From a virus (taxonomy: Duplodnaviria > Caudoviricetes): a DNA stretch of 64,000 nt. Positions within the stretch are counted from its first letter, which is position 1, and every line of letters starts with the position of its first letter. The translations under genes and the position numbers were made by a program. Positions 9,019-17,012 of the stretch are shown here, piece by piece. Under the pieces are notes generated by a model that was given only the letters and a program-made list of their open reading frames with translations, did no database searches and was not told the origin of the DNA. The DNA lies in the IMG/VR virus record IMGVR_UViG_3300025723_000033, positions 2,441-66,440 of that record. One strand, 5' to 3'.

Positions 9019-9285
9019 ATGTCAAACGCAAACGAAGTCAAAATGTACGGAATGACAGAGCAACAAATTCGTGATCGCTACATGAATTCAATCACTGCAA
9101 AGTGTTCGGGTCTTGAAATGGTTGTTGCTGGTATTCTTTCTGATTGCCAAGAATTGATTGCCATGAAGAATCCCACCATCCCTGCTCCACTCACAGACAA
9201 GCTAATCCGTTGCAATATGAACATTGCCAAATTCATCTTGTTTGAGTTAATGGATGAGAAACGCAACCAATCAGCAACAGTTTAA
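9019..9285 (+). CDS. Early hypothetical protein
   Basis: Promoter plus AAGGAG RBS. Confidence 0.8.
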   Translation: MSNANEVKMYGMTEQQIRDRYMNSITAKCSGLEMVVAGILSDCQELIAMKNPTIPAPLTDKLIRCNMNIAKFILFELMDEKRNQSATV

Positions 9286-9295
9286 GGAGTAAACT

Positions 9296-9508
9296 ATGAA
9301 AGTCATTGTTGAAACTTTATTGACTCAAGAACTTGAAGTGCCTGACGACTGGGACCGTTTGGATATATTTGGCTTCTTAGGCGAGTATCAATCGTTCCGT
9401 ACAGCGTTCCAGGGGGTGAGCAATGAAGATCAAACAGCACGCATCGTCGACTTAGGCGTTGTGGAAGAAAGAGTAACTGAAATGGGCGATGAAGCCTACG
9501 ACGAGTAA
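9296..9508 (+). CDS. Early hypothetical protein (acidic)
   Basis: AAGGAG RBS. Confidence 0.75.
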   Translation: MKVIVETLLTQELEVPDDWDRLDIFGFLGEYQSFRTAFQGVSNEDQTARIVDLGVVEERVTEMGDEAYDE

Positions 9509-9531
9509 AATAGCAGAGTCAAGGAACAAAT

Positions 9532-9900
9532 ATGTTAAAATCCTGGGAAGAATTGTCAGAACTAGAGCAGGCACAAGAAATCTACAGTGACATGCACAAA
9601 GATGCCTATGGCTTTCGCCCACGCTTTGATTTCAGCACTTGGACTCTTGACAAGTTCAATTCGCAATTTGAGATCATGGGCAAAATCATTGAGGCTGACA
9701 ATCAACTGCAAAAAGAACAACAGGCAGAAGCTGCACACGATTTTGAAATGCGTGTTTTGAGTTTGTTGCAGACAGGTGCTAAGAATCGTGCTATGGCCTT
9801 GCGTTGGATTCACGAAGCTGAAGGTTCAAACGGTGACAATGAATACCTTTGTTTCTTGCTAGGACTGAGTTATGGTTATTTTAGAAAAACAGGAGTGTAA
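9532..9900 (+). CDS. Early hypothetical protein
   Basis: AAGGA RBS; YSDMHKDAYGFRPR motif seen in phage early proteins. Confidence 0.8.
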   Translation: MLKSWEELSELEQAQEIYSDMHKDAYGFRPRFDFSTWTLDKFNSQFEIMGKIIEADNQLQKEQQAEAAHDFEMRVLSLLQTGAKNRAMALRWIHEAEGSNGDNEYLCFLLGLSYGYFRKTGV

Positions 9901-9901
9901 A

Positions 9902-10084
9902 ATGGGACAGATGAAATCATTGTTTATGGATTTTTTAGAGAAGTACGATGCATGCACCACTGAAGAATTACAACAAGAACTAGACTTGTATCAGAGTCTT
10001 GAGAGTGCAGGTGTGAGCGATGAGATTCGCAAGTCATTTTTGGAACAACTTTTAGAACAAAGAAATCAAGAGGAGACACTGTAA
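9902..10084 (+). CDS. Early hypothetical protein (60 aa)
   Basis: ATG 9902 after AGGAG (MGQMKSLFMD...). Confidence 0.7.
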   Translation: MGQMKSLFMDFLEKYDACTTEELQQELDLYQSLESAGVSDEIRKSFLEQLLEQRNQEETL

Positions 10085-10356
10085 TGAATGTTAAAGAAAT
10101 TGCTCATGCCATCAAGTTTGGCGGACTTACCAATGCAGACTTGGACTTGGTTATGTCTGCAGTGAGGTTTGCTCGTGCAGAAATTGTTCAAGACAACAAA
10201 CGAACCATGGTGCCTGGCACACAGGTCAAGTTTACTAGCAGTCGTAATGGTCGCACCTATCTTGGCACAGTGCAAAAGGTTGCCATCAAGTACATCACAG
10301 TGGCCACGGCTGTTGGAACATATCGAGTGCCTGCCAACATGTTGGAGGCCATTTAA
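10084..10356 (+). CDS. Early hypothetical protein, SH3-like C-terminus
   Basis: TAATG coupling; GAGGAG RBS; GTQVKF...GTVQKVAIKYITV. Confidence 0.75.
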   Translation: MNVKEIAHAIKFGGLTNADLDLVMSAVRFARAEIVQDNKRTMVPGTQVKFTSSRNGRTYLGTVQKVAIKYITVATAVGTYRVPANMLEAI

Positions 10357-10361
10357 ATAAA

Positions 10362-10583
10362 ATGTTTGTAGTATATCATGTCAAATCTGGCAAGTGTGTC
10401 ACAGTATATGAACGAGAAAGTTCAGCCAAAGCACAGGTCACTCGCAATAACAAGGCCATGATGACGGATATATTACGGGGTGAGCACAAAGATCTTTGGT
10501 GGAGAGAACGTAAGGTTGAATGGGCTTATTGTACCTACATGGATTATGAACCCCATTTTTACAGGGCTTACAAGGCCAAATAG
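10362..10583 (+). CDS. Early hypothetical protein
   Basis: ORF in operon, followed by palindrome and promoter. Confidence 0.65.
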   Translation: MFVVYHVKSGKCVTVYERESSAKAQVTRNNKAMMTDILRGEHKDLWWRERKVEWAYCTYMDYEPHFYRAYKAK

Positions 10584-10607
10584 TGTTGCATAAAAACAAC
10601 ACTATTT

Positions 10608-10662
10608 GGTTGACCAAAAATGCCCATTTTGCTATAATAGATGTATAGTAAGTAACAAGGAG
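10608..10662 (+). repeat. 55-bp promoter-RBS cassette, copy 1 (identical to 10894-10948)
   Basis: GGTTGACCAAAAATGCCCATTTTGCTATAATAGATGTATAGTAAGTAACAAGGAG = TTGACC-N17-TATAAT plus AAGGAG. Confidence 0.95.
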
Positions 10663-10668
10663 CAGTAA

Positions 10669-10890
10669 ATGACGCATTTGGAATTTGAAAGTAATGTATG
10701 CTATATCACCCGTCCGTTGTTAAATGACAACGAACATGTGGGATTTTTTGAGAACACAGGCACACTATTTGCCGCCTGTTCTAAAGCCACTGCTGATAAT
10801 ATTTTTGACAGATTGGTCATGGAATTTGGCCAAGGTAAAGTGACAATGAACGGCCCTGTTCAAGGTGAGTACACTTACAATTTTGTATAA
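10669..10890 (+). CDS. Early hypothetical protein between the two identical promoter cassettes
   Basis: Own promoter and RBS. Confidence 0.75.
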   Translation: MTHLEFESNVCYITRPLLNDNEHVGFFENTGTLFAACSKATADNIFDRLVMEFGQGKVTMNGPVQGEYTYNFV

Positions 10891-10893
10891 AAC

Positions 10894-10948
10894 GGTTGAC
10901 CAAAAATGCCCATTTTGCTATAATAGATGTATAGTAAGTAACAAGGAG
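10894..10948 (+). repeat. 55-bp promoter-RBS cassette, copy 2
   Basis: Exact copy of 10608-10662. Confidence 0.95.
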
Positions 10949-10955
10949 TTCAAAA

Positions 10956-11234
10956 ATGTCTTATGTAATTGTTAGCAAAGGTACTGGTTTAATCGTTACA
11001 GACGGTCCCAATAAAACTCGTGCATACAAGACTTTTGGTGCAGCCAAAGCAACTCGTACCCGTCTTTGTCGTAAAGCAGGCTGGAGCGAAAATCAACTGA
11101 ACATTGTGACCCGCGAAACTTATCGCGCACCAACTAAAAAGGTCACAAATCTCATGAGTGGCATTGAGATTGAAATTGATGCGGACACTCCTCGTTGTTG
11201 CGACCCTTCCTCAGAATTGTATTGGACCATGTGA
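10956..11234 (+). CDS. Early hypothetical protein
   Basis: Own promoter and RBS; ends TPRCCDPSSELYWTM. Confidence 0.8.
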   Translation: MSYVIVSKGTGLIVTDGPNKTRAYKTFGAAKATRTRLCRKAGWSENQLNIVTRETYRAPTKKVTNLMSGIEIEIDADTPRCCDPSSELYWTM

Positions 11235-11240
11235 TTTTGG

Positions 11241-11269
11241 TTGACCCAAAATTGCCAATTTGTTATAAT
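11241..11269 (+). promoter_or_regulatory. Sigma70-like early promoter (diverged copy of the cassette)
   Basis: TTGACC-N17-TATAAT followed by AGAGTTATAGTAAGAAAACAGGAG. Confidence 0.85.
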
Positions 11270-11299
11270 AGAGTTATAGTAAGAAAACAGGAGCAACTC

Positions 11300-12010
11300 A
11301 TGCAATATTATATGTCAAAATATCCGTCAAAATCAACTCGTGTGGCCCAGCCTGGTACCAAGTATCCAGTCACCATAGTCTGGGCCGCAGCAGTGGCAGC
11401 ACATCGTATCAATGACAATCGTTACATCAAGGCAACAGAATGGGATACTCAAGCAGAGCCTCCTGTGGTAAAATACAGAACCAATCGCGAAGTGTTCGCA
11501 GAATTACTGGCCAATCCTGATCGATTGGATGCTGGTGACATCCAGGCTGGACAAGAATGCTTGGACTGGATACGTGGTGACTTCACGGTCAAAGCACTCA
11601 AAGGTCAACTCAGCGATTTTGATTTGAGTGTTCAAAAGGTCTTGGCTTTAGAGTCAGAGTTTGATAGCAATCTAGACCGGTTAGCCTTGGCAGTGGTACC
11701 ATGCTTGCCAGCCAGCCAAGCTCGCGGCCAAGCTCGGGCAGAAAGTGATTCACGTCTGCGTCAAACTGTAAATCAGCATGTGGGCCAAGTTGGTGACAAG
11801 ATCGCCCTGGATATCGAAGTGTTGAGAACTAGTTATAGTCAAAATTTCAACACATGGTTTGTGACTGCGGTAGACAGTGAAAACCGCAGTGTGTTTTTCA
11901 GCTATCGTGCTCCTATCGATCTAGGACCTGGCGTGAAAATCCGTGGTACTGTCAAATCTCACCGTGACAATGCAACCACTCAACTCAACAGGGTGACAGT
12001 TTTATCTTAA
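11300..12010 (+). CDS. Early protein with C-terminal OB-fold-like domain
   Basis: Start reassigned to ATG 11300; HVGQVGDKI...GVKIRGTVKSHRDNATTQLNRV. Confidence 0.7.
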   Translation: MQYYMSKYPSKSTRVAQPGTKYPVTIVWAAAVAAHRINDNRYIKATEWDTQAEPPVVKYRTNREVFAELLANPDRLDAGDIQAGQECLDWIRGDFTVKALKGQLSDFDLSVQKVLALESEFDSNLDRLALAVVPCLPASQARGQARAESDSRLRQTVNQHVGQVGDKIALDIEVLRTSYSQNFNTWFVTAVDSENRSVFFSYRAPIDLGPGVKIRGTVKSHRDNATTQLNRVTVLS

Positions 12011-12019
12011 GGAATTATC

Positions 12020-12142
12020 ATGCAAATTTTATTTGTACTGGCTATCGAAGCCATAATTGTGATCGCCGTGGCCTTGGGAATAGGTCATATTGCGGACCGT
12101 GCAGATCATATCAAAACTCAAATTCAGGACGTACAAAAATGA
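12020..12142 (+). CDS. Small membrane peptide (40 aa, missed by ORF track)
   Basis: RBS AAGGA; MQILFVLAIEAIIVIAVALGIGHIADRADHIKTQIQDVQK. Confidence 0.7.
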   Translation: MQILFVLAIEAIIVIAVALGIGHIADRADHIKTQIQDVQK

Positions 12143-12264
12143 AATTTATTTACGGTTTTGTATTTGGACTGATTGTAGCAACCGTTGGTTTTTCGGGTGT
12201 GGCTCGGATCATGGACCATGGGATCACCACAATCAAATCACAAGCTGAGTCACTGGCACAGTGA
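12139..12264 (+). CDS. Small membrane peptide (41 aa, missed by ORF track)
   Basis: ATGA overlap; MKFIYGFVFGLIVATVGFSGVARIMDHGITTIKSQAESLAQ. Confidence 0.7.
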   Translation: MKFIYGFVFGLIVATVGFSGVARIMDHGITTIKSQAESLAQ

Positions 12265-12301
12265 TTTTGGGCAAATTGCAGAATCTAAATAACACAAATG
12301 G

Positions 12302-12330
12302 TTGACACTCAAATCCAATTGTGTTATAAT
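12302..12330 (+). promoter_or_regulatory. Sigma70-like promoter (perfect consensus)
   Basis: TTGACA-N17-TATAAT. Confidence 0.9.
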
Positions 12331-12397
12331 TTAGATATGTTAGCAAGTCTAACATTAATTTTAAACTCAACAGGCAACTTAAAAAGGCAACACTATT

Positions 12398-12751
12398 ATG
12401 TCAACAACTGAAAAAACTTTCTCCGTAGCAGGTACAGCAACTAACCCAGATGGCACAACCAAGGCTCGTTTTGCAAACGACATGGTGGCCCGTCACAAGA
12501 TTTTGCAAAAAGCAGGTTGTACAGATATCAACTTGATTGAACTTCCACATGCAATGACCAAGTTACAGGCCTTGCAATATTTGCAAGAGCAAGGTATCAC
12601 TGAAGGCGATGCTGGCTATGCAGTGGCCAACAAATTGGCAGAAAAAACTAAGATTGCCAAGAAAGGTGAATTGAAAGTTTCTGCTTCAAGTGTGAAAACT
12701 GCCAAGGCTCCTGCCAAAACTGCCGTCGCAGAAACAGCAGTAGAAGCTTAA
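12398..12751 (+). CDS. Hypothetical protein with Lys/Ala-rich tail
   Basis: 117 aa ORF between promoter and terminator. Confidence 0.8.
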   Translation: MSTTEKTFSVAGTATNPDGTTKARFANDMVARHKILQKAGCTDINLIELPHAMTKLQALQYLQEQGITEGDAGYAVANKLAEKTKIAKKGELKVSASSVKTAKAPAKTAVAETAVEA

Positions 12752-12768
12752 ACGCTGTTTAACTCTAC

Positions 12769-12793
12769 AAATGGCACTTCGGTGCCATTTTTT
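12769..12793 (+). terminator. Rho-independent terminator with cUUCGg tetraloop
   Basis: AAATGGCAC-TTCG-GTGCCATTT-TTT. Confidence 0.9.
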
Positions 12794-12823
12794 ACGATTT
12801 CGAAATCCGTCATAATTACATAT

Positions 12824-13069
12824 ATGCTCGACGAAACAACGCAAGAAGAAATAATACGCATAGCTACCATGCATCTCATGTTGGTGCTGTATCGAGAAGG
12901 TATTACCAAGATACACATGGGAGGACTCATGCGTGTGTTGGGTGTGCCCAACGAAACTGCAGCCGATCACGACAACGAAGAAGTCGAAATGGACGAAGAC
13001 TTCGCTAAATATGTTGAGCAGATGACTGAGTTCGCTAGAATTCAACCTGCCAATCAATCCTTACACTAA
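12824..13069 (+). CDS. Hypothetical protein (81 aa)
   Basis: Start reassigned to ATG 12824, 5 nt after TAATTA. Confidence 0.7.
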   Translation: MLDETTQEEIIRIATMHLMLVLYREGITKIHMGGLMRVLGVPNETAADHDNEEVEMDEDFAKYVEQMTEFARIQPANQSLH

Positions 13070-13312
13070 ATGTCTCAACCCAAAGACAAACATGGCGAAG
13101 CCATGTTTATAATAATTCTAAGAACACCTCAGGCTAGAAATTTATTCACCACCTGGATTAATAACAATAAAAGTGCTCGCGCTCGAATTGACGATGGGCG
13201 TATGCACTTGTTTGATCACAATACTTTAAACCTGTTTATGGTCACATGGAAACACAACTGGGACGATGTTACCATATGGGACACATGGAATCGCCGACAC
13301 ATACATGGTTAA
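13070..13312 (+). CDS. Hypothetical protein (80 aa)
   Basis: Abuts previous stop. Confidence 0.7.
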   Translation: MSQPKDKHGEAMFIIILRTPQARNLFTTWINNNKSARARIDDGRMHLFDHNTLNLFMVTWKHNWDDVTIWDTWNRRHIHG

Positions 13313-13319
13313 ACAAAAT

Positions 13320-13347
13320 TTGACAAGTGTGCAAAATGTCGTATAAT
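13320..13347 (+). promoter_or_regulatory. Sigma70-like promoter
   Basis: TTGACA-N16-TATAAT. Confidence 0.7.
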
Positions 13348-13372
13348 TACTATACATTTAAAGGAAACACAA

Positions 13373-13561
13373 ATGACACAACATGAACAAATCGTAGCCG
13401 CTTATGAAACATATCTTGCTGAAAATGAAAAATTCACAGGTAAAGGTGTAAAAGCTGCTGCCGCTCGTGCCCGCAAAGCTCTACAAGAAATGAGTAAAGG
13501 CATCAAAGAACGTCGCAAAGAAATCACTGTAGAAAAAGAAGCATTGACCACTGCCAAGTAA
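13373..13561 (+). CDS. Histone H1-like (Hc1-like) small basic protein
   Basis: ENEKFTGKGVKAAAARARKALQEMSKGIKERRKEI. Confidence 0.7.
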   Translation: MTQHEQIVAAYETYLAENEKFTGKGVKAAAARARKALQEMSKGIKERRKEITVEKEALTTAK

Positions 13562-13562
13562 A

Positions 13563-13973
13563 ATGGCGTATGATGATTTAAAAATCAGCACAGGAACATT
13601 TCCAGGATGGGGCACCTTGCCCCAGTCTAATGTATGTTCCATTAGCGCCGCAACACAGATTTCAGCTGCGACCAACCAGTATGTGTATGCTACCAATGGA
13701 ACATACACAAGCTCACCTATCACTTCAACTCCAAGCGGAACTCTCGAACTTCAAGGTGAAGGTGCTGATGTCCGAATCAATGGCGTCAGTCTAACTGGTG
13801 TGCTAAAAAACATTGAGGAACGACTGAATATACTACGCCCTAACGCAGAATTAGAAACTGAGTGGCATCAGCTCAAAGAACTTGGTGACCAATATCGTCA
13901 ATTGGAAGCAGAATTAAAAGAAAAATCTAAGATGTGGGAAAAACTTAAAGCAATGCCGCCGGTGATTGGTTAA
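13563..13973 (+). CDS. Hypothetical protein (136 aa)
   Basis: Coupled ORF with C-terminal coiled coil. Confidence 0.75.
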   Translation: MAYDDLKISTGTFPGWGTLPQSNVCSISAATQISAATNQYVYATNGTYTSSPITSTPSGTLELQGEGADVRINGVSLTGVLKNIEERLNILRPNAELETEWHQLKELGDQYRQLEAELKEKSKMWEKLKAMPPVIG

Positions 13974-14146
13974 GTGTGTAGTTAATGGCAAAACTGGTCC
14001 GAAACAACAGGCATTTGGGCCCTGATTAAGATCAGTTACTAAGTATTTGTGGGTGCAGAAAACTCATCTGCTGATTTTGTATCGGCAATAGATCACAATC
14101 TCTATCTGCACCGTCTTAACACCAATTCAGGTAAAGGAGAAACAAG

Positions 14147-14725
14147 TTGACTGAATCAACCAATCGCATTGCCACCACCTTAGCATGGTGGCTCAGCAGA
14201 ATAGTAAAATTAGTAAGTCTTTTTATGGTCGTTGCTGTAGTAGTGTCAGTCACTAGCAAACAGTTTGCAACACTTAGAAGTCAAAACGAAGCATGGCAAT
14301 TGGCACATGTTAGTGTACAAGAAAAAACTCGTCAATTAGAATGTTTAACACGCAATATCTATTGGGAATCAGCTAGCGAGCCATTTGAAGGCAAAGTAGC
14401 TGTAGCACAGGTCACAATGAATCGTGTGGCCAGTGGACATTTTCCCGCAGATGTTTGCGGAGTAGTTTATCAAAAGAACGTTGTGTATGAAAAAGTCATA
14501 TGTCAATTTTCATGGTACTGCGATGGTACCTACAAAACAAAACCAGTGTACGGAGTACTTTGGCACGAAAGTGAAGAAGTAGCTAAAAAAGTATTGCTAG
14601 AAGGGTTCCGTTTACCTAGTATGAAAAACGCCTTGTACTATCATGCTGATTACATACATGTACAATGGAATAAACCAGAAATTGCTCAGATAGGGCATCA
14701 TATCTTTTACGGGGAACGACTATGA
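14147..14725 (+). CDS. Cell wall hydrolase, SleB/Hydrolase_2 family, N-terminal membrane anchor
   Basis: CLTRNIYWESASEPFEGKVAVAQVTMNRV...CQFSW...ALYYHADY...IGHHIFY; TTG start after AAGGAG. Confidence 0.9.
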   Translation: MTESTNRIATTLAWWLSRIVKLVSLFMVVAVVVSVTSKQFATLRSQNEAWQLAHVSVQEKTRQLECLTRNIYWESASEPFEGKVAVAQVTMNRVASGHFPADVCGVVYQKNVVYEKVICQFSWYCDGTYKTKPVYGVLWHESEEVAKKVLLEGFRLPSMKNALYYHADYIHVQWNKPEIAQIGHHIFYGERL

Positions 14726-15045
14726 CATTTGGATTGACCAACATTGAATCTGGAGTGCAAGGTATTAGAAAATTTATTGATGAGCATTTGCCTAACATTT
14801 CAGCTGAAACGCTGGGATGGCTGGCCACAGTTATAATTCATTGTGCCACAATTCCAACTTTGTTAAGTTTGCTTTCTGGCCTGAGTGACCGCACACCTAA
14901 TTTAGACATTGTGCTATTCATGTGGGCTGGACTTATACTGATGTTTGGTCGTGCTGTAATACTCAAAGACGCCCTCAATATTATCACAATTGGTGTGGGT
15001 TTTATGATACAGGCAGGACTAATGGCACTAATTTTATTCAAATAA
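14722..15045 (+). CDS. Hypothetical membrane protein (about 3 TM segments)
   Basis: Hydrophobic stretches; ATGA coupling to SleB. Confidence 0.75.
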   Translation: MTFGLTNIESGVQGIRKFIDEHLPNISAETLGWLATVIIHCATIPTLLSLLSGLSDRTPNLDIVLFMWAGLILMFGRAVILKDALNIITIGVGFMIQAGLMALILFK

Positions 15046-15048
15046 TGG

Positions 15049-15077
15049 TTGACTTTGGACGTTTTTTATGTTATAAT
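15049..15077 (+). promoter_or_regulatory. Sigma70-like promoter
   Basis: TTGACT-N17-TATAAT. Confidence 0.85.
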
Positions 15078-15106
15078 ATAGGTATATTAACCACTAGGAT
15101 AATCCT

Positions 15107-15499
15107 ATGAGCATGCATTTAGAAGGCCCTTGGCTCAGTTTGAATGGACGCAAAAAAGGCAAGGTAAAATTTCGCAATGCCGAAGAAGCACGTCGGGCCC
15201 GCGAACTAGAAGAGTCTTGGCAGAAACTGCTGCGAGCACAAGGCATTGAAGCAGAAGATCGTAAACGTAGCCGTGCGCTCAAAGCAGAACCATTGACATA
15301 TAAACTCAGTACTCCGGCAGGACGCGGTAATACCAGTCATATTCCCAGTTTGAATTCAGGTGCAGGTGTTGCTACCCTGGCGCCAGCCAAAGTCTACACA
15401 GGTACCAAGGTCAAAGGCATTGCTACTATGCACAAGTCAAATGCAGTTCCTGTTTTTTCTGATGAAGAAGCCGTTGATATTTCGAGGATGAGAAGATGA
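15107..15499 (+). CDS. Conserved T4-like hypothetical protein
   Basis: C-terminal IATMHKSNAVPVFSDEEAVDISRMRR typical of T4-like phage proteins. Confidence 0.7.
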   Translation: MSMHLEGPWLSLNGRKKGKVKFRNAEEARRARELEESWQKLLRAQGIEAEDRKRSRALKAEPLTYKLSTPAGRGNTSHIPSLNSGAGVATLAPAKVYTGTKVKGIATMHKSNAVPVFSDEEAVDISRMRR

Positions 15500-15855
15500 C
15501 ATTTGACCCAGATGCATTTAACAAAAGTGAAACTTGGCGTTTACTACAAAGTGAAAAAAGCAGCTGGTACCAAGAAGCCGACGAAGCAGGTCAACAAGCA
15601 CTCCGAGATTGGATGCACAGTACACTAAAAGAAACTCAACTTCAAATTGAATTTACCAAAGCTGATGGAATGCATAGATCAATGACTTGTACATTAAACG
15701 AATCATTGGGTGCTAGACCGGTAAATAAACTGGCCACAGATAAACCAGAACTTATAGACAAAAAAGAAACGTGTGTGGTTTGGGATTGCAACGCCAATGG
15801 TTGGCGTAGTTTTAGGTGGGACAGATTACGAAAGATAGCGTTCACAATTGAGTAA
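15496..15855 (+). CDS. WYL_2-like (SH3-fold) protein
   Basis: IEFTKADGMHRSMTCTL...VWDCNANGWRSFRWD. Confidence 0.65.
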   Translation: MTFDPDAFNKSETWRLLQSEKSSWYQEADEAGQQALRDWMHSTLKETQLQIEFTKADGMHRSMTCTLNESLGARPVNKLATDKPELIDKKETCVVWDCNANGWRSFRWDRLRKIAFTIE

Positions 15856-16066
15856 AGAAGATGTGATAAAAATGGAAGGTGTAGTAGTAGAAGTTTTACG
15901 CAATACCACATATAGAATTAAAATATCAAATTTTGAATTGCCTGTGTTGGCCACACTAAACGGGCGCATGCGCCAAAACAATATCAAAGTCCTAGCCGGC
16001 GACACAGTTGAAATGGAATTCAGTCCTTACGATCTTGCTCGTGGACGTATTGTTAGACGCAGATAA
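15848..16066 (+). CDS. infA: Translation initiation factor IF-1
   Basis: MSKEDVIKMEGVVVEVL...GRMRQNNIKVLAGDTVEMEFSPYDLARGRIVRR. Confidence 0.93.
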   Translation: MSKEDVIKMEGVVVEVLRNTTYRIKISNFELPVLATLNGRMRQNNIKVLAGDTVEMEFSPYDLARGRIVRRR

Positions 16067-16069
16067 ATA
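16064..16069 (+). promoter_or_regulatory. T4-type late promoter (TAAATA), leaderless spacing
   Basis: TAAATA-N5-ATG 16075. Confidence 0.7.
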
Positions 16070-16074
16070 TCATT

Positions 16075-16635
16075 ATGGAAACAGCAAGCTCAATAATGGA
16101 TTTTATTTATATAGTCGAGGCAAGTACTAGACCAGCCAAACTGGAAACCACACCTTTGCCTTACTCTGAAAAGGCCTTGGATCCTGTGATGAGTAAGGAA
16201 TCCATAAATTATCATTATGAACACTTGGCCAAAGGCTATGCCAAACGCTACAATGCTGGCGAAGGCAATGCCGATTTTAACCGGGCTGGCAGTTTCTTGC
16301 ACAACAAGTTTTTCCCTCAATTGCGACCACCCAAAGGTGCCAATCGTCCCCGAGGTGCAGTGCTAGCCCTCATAGAAGAAAATTTTAAAACCTACGAAGA
16401 TTTTAAAATTGCGTTTAAAGAAATCGCAATGAAAATACAGGGCTCAGGTTGGGTATATTTAAGCACCAACGGCACTATCAAAACCATACCTAACCATGCA
16501 GTCCGCACCGATATCTGTGTATTGGTTGACTGGTGGGAACATGTTTGGGCTTTAGATTATCAATGGGACAAAGAACGGTATCTTGACAATATTTGGAAAA
16601 TAATTGACTGGGACGTTTGTAACGAAAGACTATGA
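16075..16635 (+). CDS. sod: Fe/Mn superoxide dismutase
   Basis: [13 protein letters not shown]...[20 protein letters not shown] and DWWEH; all four metal ligands present. Confidence 0.85.
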   Translation: METASSIMDFIYIVEASTRPAKLETTPLPYSEKALDPVMSKESINYHYEHLAKGYAKRYNAGEGNADFNRAGSFLHNKFFPQLRPPKGANRPRGAVLALIEENFKTYEDFKIAFKEIAMKIQGSGWVYLSTNGTIKTIPNHAVRTDICVLVDWWEHVWALDYQWDKERYLDNIWKIIDWDVCNERL

Positions 16636-16958
16636 TGACACTAACTGAATCAGCCACCGCAAAACTGCATGAACTTATTGCCGAAGAAGGTAATCCTGAG
16701 CTCAAACTACGTGTGTTTGTGCAAGGCGGCGGATGCAGTGGCATGCAATATGGTTTTACATTTGACGAAGTTGCCAACGAAGATGATTGGGATTTAGAAT
16801 TTGGTGGTGTAAAAGTGTTGGTAGATTCAATGAGTAGCCAATACCTCACTGGTGCCACAGTAGACTACAAAGAAGACCTACACGGCAGCAGTTTTGTAAT
16901 AGCCAATCCCAACGCCCAAACTACCTGCGGCTGCGGCAGTAGTTTCAGTCCAGGTTAG
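16632..16958 (+). CDS. erpA: Fe-S cluster insertion protein ErpA/IscA (HesB family)
   Basis: [17 protein letters not shown]...[14 protein letters not shown]. Confidence 0.9.
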   Translation: MMTLTESATAKLHELIAEEGNPELKLRVFVQGGGCSGMQYGFTFDEVANEDDWDLEFGGVKVLVDSMSSQYLTGATVDYKEDLHGSSFVIANPNAQTTCGCGSSFSPG

Positions 16959-16985
16959 GCAAAAAATATAGTTAAACAAGTCTGG

Positions 16986-16991
16986 TAAATA
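16986..16991 (+). promoter_or_regulatory. T4-type late promoter heading the tail operon
   Basis: TAAATA, then GAGGA RBS and ATG 17013. Confidence 0.7.
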
Positions 16992-17012
16992 CATTCCAGA
17001 GGACCTTGTTTA

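Noticed and set aside
10608-10948. Identical 55-bp repeats as a CRISPR array
   Set aside because: Only two copies, the 231-bp interval holds a gene, and the repeat is a promoter plus RBS; no cas genes
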